Under the pieces are notes generated by a model, which saw only the letters and a program-made list of their open reading frames with translations, made no database searches and had not been told where the DNA came from. 64,000 bases of DNA from assembly GCA_965112735.1 (NCBI GenBank), contig OZ218956.1:3720001-3784000 (forward strand), given 5' to 3'. Source of the DNA: Phaeosaccion multiseriatum. Taxonomy: Eukaryota; Protista; Ochrophyta, other classes. Positions 10,908 through 24,004 of this stretch are shown here, piece by piece. Numbering within the stretch: the first letter of the stretch is position 1; each line of letters begins with the position of its first letter. A program made the position numbers and the translations under genes.

Positions 10908-13762
10908 CTGCTTGACACTCCACAGGCCCAGCCCCGTCCCTCCTGCGAACTTTTGCAGCTGCGTGAAGGGCTGAAAGAGCTGCTGCTTGAGCTCGTAGGG
11001 GATGCCCACGCCCACATCCCTCACTTCGAAGCGCAGCATGTCAGGGGCGACCATAAAGACGTTACACTCAATGAACCCCGAGTTGGTGAACTTGACGGCG
11101 TTAGAGAGGTAGTTCACCAGGCACTCCCACAGGATCTCGCCATCTGTGATTATGTACTTGGCAATGCTGTTGTGTGTGTAGGAACCGGTGGGAGCGTGAG
11201 AAGAGATGGTGAGGATACAACAGAGGGAGGGTGAGGATGCAATGAGAGAAACTCCACAACGACGAGTCAAAAGAGAGAGGAAGCAGAGCCCCCTACCCTA
11301 CCCTTCCCTTCCCTTCCCCATACGCTGCCATCCCTCACTTTTCATCGATGTGGTAGTGGATGGGCACTGCGTTTGTGCTGTTGAAGCCCGACATGACGTG
11401 TCTGCACTTTGACTCCACGAGGTCTCTGATGTCGGTGCTGCTCAGGCGGGGCAGCAGCTCTTTGCCTGGAGGGGGCAGAGGGGCCACCGGGGGGGTAGGG
11501 AGGGAGGGAGGGAGGGAGGGAGGGATGTAAGTAGGTAAGCAAGTTGGGAGACAGGAAAGTGGGTAGGTAGATAGTAGGTGGGTAGGTAGGTACGTGGGTA
11601 GGTGGGTAGGTAGGCAGGTAGGTAGGTAGGGAGGTAGGTACGTGGGTAGGTGGGTAGGGAGGTAGGCAGATAGGTAGGGAGGGAGGTAAGTAGGTAGGTT
11701 AAGTAGATAGGTACATAACTAGGCACGTACGTAAGTAAGTAGATGCGTAAGTAGGTGGGTAGGTGAGTGGGTAGGTACGTAAGTAGGTAGGCAGGTAGGG
11801 CAAGGCTCTACTGTACTCACCCGTGGTGAACTTGGCAAAGGCGATGGCTTTCTTACGAGTCAGGGTCATGAGCTCAATGGCGCACTCGCAATTGCGCAGG
11901 ATGTCACCGTACTCTTTTGAAATGGGCTTGGCGGCCTGGGGGGGGATGGTAGTGGATGAGGAGGTGGTGGCAGTGGATGGGCAGAGAGAGAAAGACACAC
12001 GAGCAGAGAAGAAGCCGAGACGAGGTGAGGGGGGAGAGGGGGGAGGGGTCATTGGACTGTTGGTGGACACTTGAGCATGAGCAACAAACAAGCCAAAGTC
12101 ACTTACTGCGCCCTCCCCCCGACCCCTCTCCTACCCGTCCTTACCTGCCCATTCCCTTTCTTACACTTGCTACGGTTCGATACTCCAAACTCTTCCTTAT
12201 TCCATACCCTTTCCTTCCCATATTTTTTCCATATTTTTTACCTTGAGATTCTCAATAGCGAGGGCAAAGCTGGCGAGCGGTGTGCCCACATCATGAAGCA
12301 TATGGGCCACATAGTCTCTGTTCTGACGGGCCACCTCTTCCTTCACAAAGTTCACCATGGATTCGTCAGAAGCGGCGGGGTTGCTGCTGCCTCCTCCGTT
12401 GGTGTGGCGCTGAAGGAAGTTCAGGCAGTTCAGCTCCAGACGGGAGTAGCAGCTGTACGCGCCCACGAGAAGGCAGCTGAAGGCCACCAGCGAGAGCGCC
12501 ACAGCGGCTCGGAGGGTTTCCGCCCCCTGGATGGGCTCGGGGACGAGACTCGCCAGCGTGTTGTTGACAAACACCACGCACACCGCCACAAGGAGACAGA
12601 GCACCGTCATGGGGAGGGCCACACCCGTGTGGAGGGCCCCTGGTGGTGTTGGGATCAGGTGTCAAGTGTCAGGTGTCAGGATGGGCGAGGTCAGGGGGGG
12701 GGGGTCCGTGTTAGGTGTCAGGATGGGCGAGGACAGGGGGGCGCGCAGTGTGCGTGGGGGTGAGACTCTTGGGGGGGGGGGACAAAGCTCGGCCTGGACT
12801 GAGCACGAACCGACCGATGGGATGATCTTAGACGTCCTTCCTCAACCCCTCTCCCACGCACGCACGCGCGTACACACACACATACACACACGTACACACG
12901 CCTGCACGTCAGCACACACACGCACGCACGCACGCACGCACCCGCTAAAGGTGTGACGAGCAAAGCTGAGGTGACGATGCCCGCCACAGACATGCCAAGC
13001 CCAAGAACGTGCTCTGCGCGAGAGCACACGACGGCAAGCAGGAGGAGGGCCGCATGCAGCACGGCGTACACCACCGACGCCAGCGCCCACGCATGTTCGT
13101 ATGCCCAGGGCGGTTGGGCCCACCATACCCCAACTTGGAACAGCCCGACACCCAATACGAGGGCCCCGGGAAAGCATGCTTCCCCCTTGCTCACCCCCTC
13201 CTCGTCGCTCTGCTGCAGAGCCCCAGAGACGATGAAGAAAGCCCCAAGGAGGAGGGAGCCGAGGCCCACGAAGAGGAGGCTCTCCATTCGGGTAGGGAAC
13301 ATGTCTTCTTCAAACATGCCTTGAGTCAGGGGTGAGCTATGAGCGTGTGTGTGTGGGTGGGTGGGAGAGGAAGGAAGGAAGGAAGGAAGGAAGGGAGGGA
13401 GGGAGAGAGACACACACAGAGACAGACAGACAGACAGAGAGAGAGAGAGAGAGAAAGGGAAGTGAGTGTGTGACGTTCCCAATTGCGCATCACTCGGTGG
13501 AATGTGGCAACCAGCGTGGAGGGGGGGGGGGTGAGGCCACGGAGAGAAAGGGAGATGATGGGGTAAGGGGGGAGGGCAACAGGGAGTGAGTGCGATATTT
13601 AGAGCTGTGAGAAAGGAGTTCCGAACCCTCACACTTGGGCGGGTCGCTTTGTTCTCTGGATGTTTGTGCCTCGTATTTCTCAGTTCCACCCCCTCCCCCT
13701 TCTTCCTCCATCTCTTGATAACTCCTGTTCTCCTCCTCTCTCCGCCTCTCTGTGGGAGGAGG

Positions 13763-13814
<52 letters not shown>

Positions 13815-14309
13815 TCTTCCTACTCACTTCCAAACCCTAAATGCAAGGCCAATGCATCCTTCATGGTACCCCATTGGATGTCCCATCGGTATGGCATCGA
13901 GCACACATCAAAATCTGAGTCCATCGACCAGCGATCCGCCTGGCAATGACACACTCAGTCCGGCCAGCAAGAAACGTGTGACACACCTGAAGGTCATGGT
14001 CAGTCTGTTGAAATCGGGAGACAGCTTCTGCTGCTGCTGCAGGGGAGCCTCGCCCCCATCCTCCCCGGAACTCGGGTCCATGTGTAGGCCTGCCTCCTCG
14101 TCTCCGTCTCCATCAACTCTCCGACCTGTAAAGTCCTGAGAGTGATGCTGTGGGCCCTGGTGCTCATTGAACTGGTTCATGAGGAGGGGGGACTGCGTCA
14201 TTTGCTGCTGCTCCCGCTGCGGCTGCTCGTGTTGCGGCGACTGCTGCTGCTGCTGCTGCTGCTGCTGATGTTGCTGCTGCTGCCGCCCGTTGGAGCCTCT
14301 GTCACCCAT
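7071..14309 (-). CDS. Membrane-bound hybrid sensor histidine kinase (multi-TM, HisKA, HATPase_c, pseudo-receiver, receiver), about 11 exons
   Basis: Hydrophobic TM exons at 12.4-13.3 kb. H-box [17 protein letters not shown]-box [13 protein letters not shown]1/G2 [25 protein letters not shown], then [12 protein letters not shown]. Canonical receiver [37 protein letters not shown]. Exons are joined by GT-AG introns. Confidence 0.9.
9239..9575. repeat. (GACT)n microsatellite with recurring CAGAGGCTCAGACTGAGTGACAT units, intronic
   Basis: Read directly from the sequence. Confidence 0.9.
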
Positions 14310-14802
14310 CAAATCCAACCTGGTTGAGAGCACTTTCAGATGACTGGCTTTTTCACAACTCGACTTGTTTCTTTCCGCCCGTGAAGGGCCCTCTCGAGTC
14401 GCCCAGACGGAGGCGAGCCGCCCAATCGACACACGGCCCTACTGGGTGCCTGCTTATTTCGTCTCCTTCTTCTTCTCCGTTCCTTTGCTGCGGCTTGTGC
14501 CGCTCCTGGGACGTGTTTCCCTCCCCCTCCTAGGACTCTCCTGAGACTGCCACTTTGGGCCAGCCTCTACCGTTGCAGCTTGTATATAGTCCTCTTCTTG
14601 TGATTAGGTTTCGGCCGCCCTTCTTCACGAATGTTGACGAGAGAGCGCGGAGATTAAAGCTGATCGCTGATGATCTGAGCGGTTAGGCAAGAAAAATCCA
14701 AACTGAAACTTTTTGTCCGCGGGAGGGGGGATTATCGATTATCGCGGAGGGAGGGGTACAGTTGTACTTTTTCTCTTCTGATTCGTGAATTCTCATCCGA
14801 CG

Positions 14803-14890
14803 TGCTATCGCTGCACTGTACTGTAGCCGGCGCCAGCGATCCGCTATCCGCTATCGTCCGGCGCCAGCGATCCGCTGCGCTATCGAGAAT
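14803..14890. mobile_element. Fragment of the repeat family that forms the 53.3-kb TIR element
   Basis: Contains GCCGGCGCCAGC, CGCTATCCGCTATCG and GCGCTATCGAGAAT, all shared with 53311-53752. Confidence 0.6.
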
Positions 14891-15752
14891 TTGGGAGTGG
14901 CCGCAATCAGTAATCAGGTAAGCAGCCAGCCATGTGAAGGGTTTGGTGCCTGCTGTTCTCCTCTTCGCCCTGCGGATGCAGGACAGCGCCGCCCCCAGTA
15001 AGAAGACACCTTGATTGGCGCAGGCCCCCCCCTGTTCCCCTGGGCATGATTGGCGGTACGTCATTGCTGAGCGGCGTCTTGCCCCTTTACCCCCACCACG
15101 CAAGCCTCCTTCCTGACTCCTGACTGCCCGCCCTCCTCGTCCTCGTCCTCGTCCTCGTCCTGGTCGTCCTCCTGCTGCTGATGTTCCTGTCTGTTCCTGC
15201 TCTGCCCACAAGCAATTGAGCAGGAAGGAGTCCGCCGACCCTTCCACACCGCTCGGGGTCAATACCCTCACACACACAACAGCACTTGTTGCATGCATAC
15301 ATGCGGGGGGTAAGGGGTGAGGGGTTCGTGGACTGTTGGGGCGCCAGACGCCGCGCTGTATCACCAATTGCTGCTGCTGCTGGGGTGGTGCCGGTGGTGA
15401 AGTGCGGGTGGACTGACTGGTCCAGCAAACAATCGCAGCAACCGCCGTCGTGGGCCAGCACGAAGGTAGCGAGGCTCGACACCCCCCTTGCAGCCCTCTC
15501 TCTGAAGCCCTGCACAGGGACGTACCCCCTGCACGCCAGACGCCCCTCATTCACTCATTCCCTCATCCTTGATGCCTTGGCCCCTCATTCCGCCATCCTG
15601 CCCGTCGTCCTGACTGCCTTTGGCGAGGGTGTAGACCGAGCCTTACGCCCCTCCGAGGGATACTCGCCCACGGAGGCCCACATAGGCCTACGGAGGCGCA
15701 TCCATCGGAGGCCTACGCATGCCTCCAAGGGCCTCCATAGGATATCGTAGGG

Positions 15753-16350
15753 TCACAGAGGCACGGTGACGCCCTCCAGCACGGCCATGGGGCCTACTTC
15801 CCGAACGGCCTCGGCCTGCCTCTCGTCCTGCACTAACAGCGCCCCGATGAAGCCCAACCCATTCACCTCTACATCCAGCCACGCCTGGCGACTACGGGGC
15901 ACCACCAACAGCCACTCGCGACACAGGAGCACGTTGAAGGCAGGGGCTGAGGCAGGGGCCGAAAAAGCACCTGCTCCTGTATCACCAACTGCTATCCCTG
16001 CTTGGGCCTGCGCCTGTTGGTGCTCCGTAAGGGGGCCCCCATTGGAGAGGTCGAGCGTCGCCAACAAGCGCTCAAACGTGTCGAACAGGAGGTCGTAAAA
16101 TCCCTCCATCTCCTCCTCCCTGGGGGGAATGCCTCCTCCGGCTTGGGCTTGGTTGCTCTGGTCAGGAGCAGGCGGCAGGAGAGCGAGGGCGTGCCGGAAC
16201 CTGAACTCAGGCAAGGTGGTGAATGTGGCCGTGGCGCCTGCCCCGGCCTCCTCAGCCGCTGCCATCTGTGACAGGGCAGCGACTCTCCGGGCAATTGCGT
16301 CCTCCAAGGGCAGGGGCCGCAGGGTAGGGGAAGGGGGGTCGCCCCACTGC

Positions 16351-16383
<33 letters not shown>

Positions 16384-17085
16384 CCGGGTGGTAACGCCGC
16401 CCCTCCTCCTTCCTCGCGGTAGCGCTGATTTTGAGGCAAGTAGGCGGGGTGGTCAACACGACAGAGTAGGGTGGGGGCGGGGACGGCAGTGGATGGAGGA
16501 GGGAGGGAGCGGTTGCTGGCATGTGAGCTGCATTGCCTTGGGTGAGCGAGGCTGGAGAGCGACAAAGAGAGAGAGGGACAGACAGTCTCTGCTCCTCTTC
16601 TTCCTCCTCCTCCTCCTCCTCTTCCTCCTCCTCCTCCTCCTCCTCCTCCTCCTCCTCCTCCTCCTCCTCCTCCTCCTCCTCCTCCTCCTCCTCCTCCTCC
16701 TCCTCTCCCTCCTGCTTCCAACTCACTTGCACCACGTCGAGGGGAATGAGCTGAAGGTGCTTGTGGCGTTGACTGGCCCCTGCCTCCAGACCCGAGTTGA
16801 AGAAGCCGACGGCGGGCAGAGCATCGACGAGCCGCCAGAGCGTGAGCACGTCGACACGAGAGAGGCCCGAGCCCTGCTCTTCGAAGGCGTTGGGGACAAG
16901 CAACACGTGGTCGCGCATAGTGGGGTACTTGTTGAGAAGCAGCGCGTAGTTCGGCGGTATTGAGGCCACCTGTGGTGAGAGGCAGGGCATGCGGTGAACA
17001 TTGGAGAGAGGTACATGGGAGAGAGGGTGTTGAGGGGCGGCGGAGGAACGCCTCTTCTCCTTGGCTCCAAGCCAATCCTCGAGGA

Positions 17086-17119
<34 letters not shown>

Positions 17120-17957
17120 GTACACACACACCCCACACATATGCGTACACACACACCCCACACACATATCCGCACAGCAGATACCCCCCCCCCCCCCCCA
17201 CACACACACACACACACACACTCACACACACACAAACCTGCATCCTATAGTCCCTCTGCTCCACGGCGAAGGGGTCATACGAGGCGGGGTCGGCTGCCGG
17301 GGCGTCCCCGAAGGTGGCCTTGCTCAGCTTGCTCGCCGCGTGGCTCGCGTCAAGAGTGGACACGATGAAGTCCAGACCCTGCCCGCCCCCCTCGGAGACT
17401 TCCCCGCCGGGGTCCTGTGCCCAGGGGGGCTGTGGCGGGGGTTGTGCGTGTACGATCTGCACGGTGGTGGTGATGGGGCGGAGTAGGCCGAGGTCCAGGG
17501 CTGTGTCCCAGGTCCGGCCGACCTTTCCACGCAGCAGCGACAGCTCCTCCTCATCCTCTCCCCCCCGCCACACCCTCGAAGCACCACCGCTGGCCCCGGC
17601 AGGAGCGAGCACCCCCTCGCCTTCCCCTGGACGCTCACTGCCGTCTCCTCTGCTCGCAAATGGAACGAAGACGAGGAGCGCAAGCAGGCCGGCGATGAGC
17701 AGCCGGGCCGGAGTGCTCGACAGCAGTCCGATGTGCTCCGCCTCATCGTCCGACTGCGCTCTCCTTCCTCCTATCGCCACGGGAATGGCTTGCCAGCCTG
17801 CTGCGATGCCCTGTCCTGCTTTCAAGTAAACAGTCTCTTCCCCCATGGGGAAAAGACCCCATCCCACGCCGCCGCCGCTGCTGCTGTCGCTGCTATTTCT
17901 GCTGGAATTGAGTCCCTCCACCCCCTCCACTATCACCTCCCCATCTCTGGAGGCCAT
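15753..17957 (-). CDS. Ap4A phosphorylase / ATP adenylyltransferase (Apa1/Apa2 family) with an N-terminal TM segment; exons 17957-17238, 16969-16727, 16424-15753
   Basis: Motifs DPF, LLLNKYP..DHVLLV, GFFNSG..AGASQRHKHLQLIP (HxHxQ), and C-terminal FNVLLCREWLLVVPRS..VNGLGFIGALLV. Confidence 0.88.
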
Positions 17958-18283
17958 GGTTTCTCCCTTCCTTTCCTTCCCCCCTCCCCCTCCCTCTCTC
18001 TAAAAAAATGCCAGTTGTGAGTGGGCAAAGGGAGAGCACCAACTCGCGAGGACGATTAACGGATTGTCTGTTGCTTTGTTGCTTTATAAATAAACACATA
18101 CACATACACACGACAAGGAGGGGAGCTCCATCTTCGTCAGGGCTTGGTCTTCTCCGCTTTCCTCCCCGTCTGGTCACGGGCGAGGTAGACGCAGCCAGCT
18201 CCCATGACGTCTTAATTTGATGAAGAAATACTGCACAAGCTAGAGACACTAGAAGATCCCGCTCAGGGAGGCAGTCAGGACCC

Positions 18284-21200
18284 ATGGCTCAAGTTGTTGT
18301 CAGCGCAGGTGGCGCCACAGGAACCTCAGGCGCAACAACTCCTGAGGTGGGCAACCACGATGATTCGACCGCCCTCGTCCCTGCAGCGGGACAGGAGCTC
18401 GCTGTGCTGGAGGAGGGTTTCGGGGGGCAGGTGGTGACGCGCACTGGCAAGCTCTTGCCTCCTACCTTCAAGGTACTTGCACGGCAACTGAGGGGCGTCC
18501 CTCGGGGGGGAGTTCTCTATCACCAAGTCCCTCTCTTCGCGCCCCCTTCACCGTGCCGCACACCCTTTCCGCCCTCACCGTCGCCTTCCACCCCAATCAC
18601 AAACTTTCCTAGACACCACACCCCGGGGAGGAGTACGGTGCCATATGCGTACCCACCTACCTACCTACCGACCCGTTTACCTACCTCCCTTCCTTTCTCC
18701 CTCCCTACCTATCCAGCTACCTACCTACCAACCTACCAACCTACCTACCTACCTGCCTGCCTGCCTGCCTGCCCTTCGATTGATAGGCAGACCCTTTGGC
18801 GACATTTCTCAAGGACATTATGCATGTATCATCCTCCCTCCTCCCTGACACGCGCGAACAAACGACCAAACGAACGAACTGAATACGACACTCCAGGTGG
18901 GCAGGATACGCCTAAAGGAAGTGACCACGACGAGCGTGAGGCTGGAGTGGGACGCCCCGGTAACGGACAAGTTCCCGATCTACGGTTACAGAATATCCAT
19001 GACGGAGATCGCCGTCTCGAAAGAGCATCGCGATCACGGTCAGGATGGTCAGGGGGACAAGAAGCCAGCAATCGGGGAGGCATCGGTACCAGCCGACCAG
19101 CAGCGGCAGCAGCGGCAGCAGCAGCAGCTGGTGGTACAGCAGCACAAGGATGGGGTCGAGCAGCGTGGTGTCGGGAGGGCAAAGGGGTTCTACGCGAAGG
19201 AGGCAAACACAGACACCAAGGATACGCACCGAGGTGAGGGGATCGGGGTTGGCGCATGCTGTTGGCGCATGCAGTTGGCGCATGCGGTTGGCATTGGGGT
19301 TGGCCACGCGCCTGCCTGGGGAGGTGTGCAGCTTCTTTGGCAGCGTCAAGGGGCGGCGCTGACGCTCCGAGAAGGCAGCTGACGCCAGTCCCTCAAGAAG
19401 GCAGTGGACGCCGCTTCATTCCAGAAAACTCGGTCACACTCGCCCTCCCGAAACGAATCCTCCCCCTTGCCCATTTCTTACATCATTTCTACCGGCCCTG
19501 CTCTGTCTCCCGCCCCATCCTGGCCCCGTCCTTGCTTTCAATTGAATGCGCTCGTCTGCTATCAACTACCACCATCCACTGCCATCCACCTCCATCCACT
19601 CACTGCAATAAACCCAATCCGAAGTGATCGTGGGCCTGCAGCCCGGAGGCCGGTACCGCTTCCACATTGCGCCCATGTCAGCAGAGAAGATGGTTCTCTC
19701 CGGAGAATCACAGGTGTCGGCGGAGGTGAAGCTCAGGGACAAGTACTACGTCTGCGCCTGGTGAGAAAGGGAGGGAGGGAGGGAGGGAGGGGAGGGTTGG
19801 ACCTTAACCTTCTGTCCATCTACTGCCATCTGCCAGGTTCTTCGAAGAGACGGACGAGGACAAGCAGTGGATGGTGTTCCAGGGGTCGGCGTCAGCGCCG
19901 GAGAACGTTCAGCGCCTGCGCCTCAACGTTGTGCAAGCGGACCCTTCCGCGGAACGGTGCGTATTCTGTTGGGTTCAGGACTGACTTCCGTTCCCATCCG
20001 CTTCCATCTACTGCCATCCACTACCATCTATAAATTTGACGATTTCACTTACGTTCATTGGCTTACTTACGCAGGTGCTGGACCGGTCTGAAGTCGCTGC
20101 GTCTGACGGTGCCTGCGGGCAGTGACGGAGGCGTGTACGTTGATGTACCCGTGAGCGCCGGGAGCGCCTACGATTGCGTAGTGAGGGTGTTCCACACGCA
20201 CGAGCCCCAGGGGACGACCAAGCTCGTGGTTCGTGATGGGGTGGCAGTGGATGGCCGGGGATGGCAGGGGATGGTGGGGCGGGGGATGGGCGATGGCAGT
20301 GGATGGTGGGGGGTAGTGAGCGGAAGGAAGGAAGGAAGGAAGGAAGGAAGGAAGGAAGGAAGGAAGGAAGGAAGGGGGGGTTACACTTGATCACACCCTT
20401 TTCTCACTCTCTCTCTCACTCTGCTCCTCTCTCCCTCCCTCCTTCCGTCTCCCTCAAATGCACCTTCCTCGCACCTCCCTCGCAGGTGTGGGACATGCAG
20501 GGCACAATGGTGACGTCAGACACCATGTCGCACCCCCCTGGAGGGGAGGACGGCCCCGCCCCCTGCCGTGTTGGAGAGTGGGAGGAGCTGCGCTGCTCCA
20601 TCACGCCGTTCCTCAGCGAGAGACTGCGCATCGCCGTACAGGTGAGGGTCATGGAAGGGAGGGAACGAGTGGCTGCTTCGCTATCTCCCTCTCTTTCACT
20701 CTGCCTGCTGCACCCGCCTCTCTCCCTCTCCATCTCTCCCACGTGCTTCTTGCGGTTCGTGAACCTCCTCACTCTCAACTCTCGCAAACCTTTCGGTGCC
20801 CACTCCTACTGAGTGAGTGAGGGAGTGAGTAGGTTATTGAGTATATGAGGGCCTCTCATGTCCTCTCTTCCCCACCCCCACATCCCCCCCTTTCGACTCA
20901 CAGGTTGGCGGCAGCCTATACGATGGCCTGGTGTTCATGGATGCAGTGGAGCTGAGCAAGGGAGGCCTTACCCCCCTGGAGCTCGCCTGCGCCGCTTTTA
21001 AGGAAGACCTCGCCGCCCCTGCCCCAAGCGCACCATCTGCTGCCATCGTTCTGCACGAGGCCTCAGATCTGCGGGCAGCGGACATGATGGGGGCGTCGGA
21101 CCCTTATGTAAGGGTGCTTGTGAATGGACAGGAGACATTCCGGACATCTGTGATTCCCATGAACGTCAACCCTGTATGGAACAGCGAGTTTCGTTTGGAC

Positions 21201-21659
21201 CTGCCTGCGGAGGGGGAGCCCCTGGACGTTAGGCTGGAAGGTGTGTTGGAGGAGGAGGAGGAGGAGGAGGAGGAGGAGGAGGAGGAGGAGGCGGAGGGGG
21301 AGGATACAGAGGAGGAGAAGGAGAAGGAGGAAGAGGAGGAGGGCGACGAGGAGGAGGAGGGGGAGAAGCCATGGCCCGAATGGACTGGGTCGTCTGTGGT
21401 TTCCCCTTGCCATCCGCACGCCCTCCTCCCCCTTCCTTGCCCCTCCCCTCCCCGCCCCTTCCTCCCCCTTCTACTCTCATGCCTACTCGTTTCTCATGGC
21501 TTCCTTCTCGAACGGACTCCCCCTCCTTTAACAAACCGAAAATTGCCCCCCCCCCCTCACCACCTCTCGCCCCTTTTCCCCGCTCTTCTCCCTCTCTCTT
21601 ACCAACCCAACTACACGACACGTCCACGCACACACACACACTCACACTCACACTCACTA

Positions 21660-21690
<31 letters not shown>

Positions 21691-22250
21691 AACACACACA
21701 CACACACACACACACTCACACACACGCCCACATACACACACACGCCCACATACACACACACACACACACTCACACACTCACTCACTCACTCACACGCCCA
21801 CATACACACCGCGCACGTACACATACACACGCACACACACAAACGAACCCTAGTGCGAGACTATGACGTGGGCAACCCCCTCGGGGAGCTGCTGGGAGAG
21901 GTGCTAATGGAGCGGTCCTTGCTGGTGGGCGCCCCTGTGCACCCCCTCTCCATGCCCCTCTTGGAGCCCGACAACAGAGACATGCTACACGTGGAGGGCA
22001 CAGGTGAGGGGGGGGACAGGGAGGAGGGCCACCCTTGCTTTGTTGCCTTACGTGGGCGCACGTGGGCTTACGATTGGGGCTGTTTGTATTGGTCAACCTT
22101 ACTACATGTTACCTTCCCTCTCTCTCACTGGCATCAACTGACATGCACTCCTATCCACTGCAATCCACTGTCATCGAATGTCATCCACTACCCGCCTGCC
22201 TGCCTGCCTGCCTGTCTGCCTGCCTGCCTTTCTGCCTGCCTGCCTGCATG

Positions 22251-22346
<96 letters not shown>

Positions 22347-23969
22347 CATGCCTGCCTGCCTGCCTGCCTGCGTGCCTGCCTGCCTGCGTGCCTGTCTGCC
22401 TGTCTGTCTGCCTACCTGCCTGTCTGTCTGCCTACCTGCCTGACTGCCTGCCTGCCTGTCTGCCTGCCTGCCTACCTGCCTGTCTGACTGCCTGCTCCCT
22501 CTCTTCGCTAGCCCCTGACACTTGTAACTGACCCAACCCCCCCACACACACGCACACACACGCACACACACACAGAGGTGGGCCCCCTCGTTGAAGGACA
22601 GGGGCGGCTCAGCGTCAGCGTACGCAGTCACCGCCCGAGGGACGACACGTGTCAGTGGGGGAAGCACGTGCTCACACTGAGCGAGGGTAAGCGGCACCGG
22701 CACAGTGAAGGAGGGGGAGGAGGAGAAAAAGGAGGAGGAATGGGAGGAGAAGGAGGGGGGGCGGGAGGAGGAGGAGGAGGAGGAGGAGGAGGAGGAGGAG
22801 GAGGAGGAGGAGGAGGAGGAGGAGGAGGAGGAGGAGGAGGAGGAGGAGGAGGAGGAGGAGGAGGAGGAGGAGGAGGAGGAGGAGGAGGAGGAGGAGGAGG
22901 AGGAGGAGGAGGAGGAGGAGGAGGAGGAGGAGGAGGAGGAGGAGGAGGAGGAGGAGGAGGAGGAGGAGGAGGAGGAGGAGGAGGAGGAGGAGGAGGAGGA
23001 GGAGGAGGAGGAGGAGGAGGAGGAGGAGGAGGAGGAGAGGGAGACGAAGGGGGAGGAGGAGAAAAAGGAGGAGGAGAAGAAGTAGGAGGGGGAGGTGAAG
23101 GGGGAGGAGGGGGAGGAGAAGATGACACGCAGCAGAAGGGAGGCGCTGCTGACGAGAGAAGTGCTCTGCACGCACTGAGAGAGGCTGCCACCGACAGACC
23201 TCGTAAGCTTGAAGAGCTGATTGACACCAAGCGGAGGGTGAGTGGATGCAGCGGATGGCACTGGATGGGGGAGGGGAGGGGAGGGGAGGGGAGACGTTGG
23301 CTTGTTGGGTGGCGCCCCGCCCCTCACAGTCTGATGCACGGCTTTTCATACCGTTTCGACGGTTTCAAATCCATCCCAATCACCAGTCGCACACCCCACT
23401 GCCCATCCACCACCCTCCATGTCATTCATTGACATACAGCTCCTGCTGGCCGCCGCCGGAGAGGAGTGCGCGCTGCAGCTGCTGAGAGAAGCAACCCGAG
23501 GGGGCAAAGGGAAAGTCCCCGGGGGGCGATATGACGACGCCCTCGCCGCGCTCACAGGCCTGGCCACCTTCCCCCGGCAGCTTACGGACACCAAGAGCGG
23601 CTTTGCCGTCCTCAGAGCCACGCAGACCTTCCTCCTCCGCAAGTCGCCTGCGGGTGTGGTGACGTTATGCTTACGGAGGAGCGTTGGGGAGTCGGAGCCG
23701 CTGCTGGCGCTGCTTGCGGGGCTCTATCGGGGGCAGCAGGCGGTGTTGCTGGAGCACTTGGAGAGCGTTCCGGGACTGTTCCATGAGATTGCGGTGCACG
23801 TGGAGGGCAGCAAGGCGGCGCAGGACCTCATGAGGGAGATCAGTGCGGGGGTCAAGCCCTTCTCTCCGGGAGTGTTCGAGCTGTTCAGAGCGCACCGCTT
23901 TGACATGTAAGTGTTCATGCGGGTGGGGTAGGTGGGAGGGGAGTGGCACACACGTATGCACACACGCAT

Positions 23970-24004
<35 letters not shown>

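Noticed and set aside
14732-15554. Minus-strand ORFs of 272 aa and 155 aa
   Set aside because: No recognisable motifs or convincing splice structure; could be UTR or intergenic sequence downstream of the Ap4A phosphorylase.
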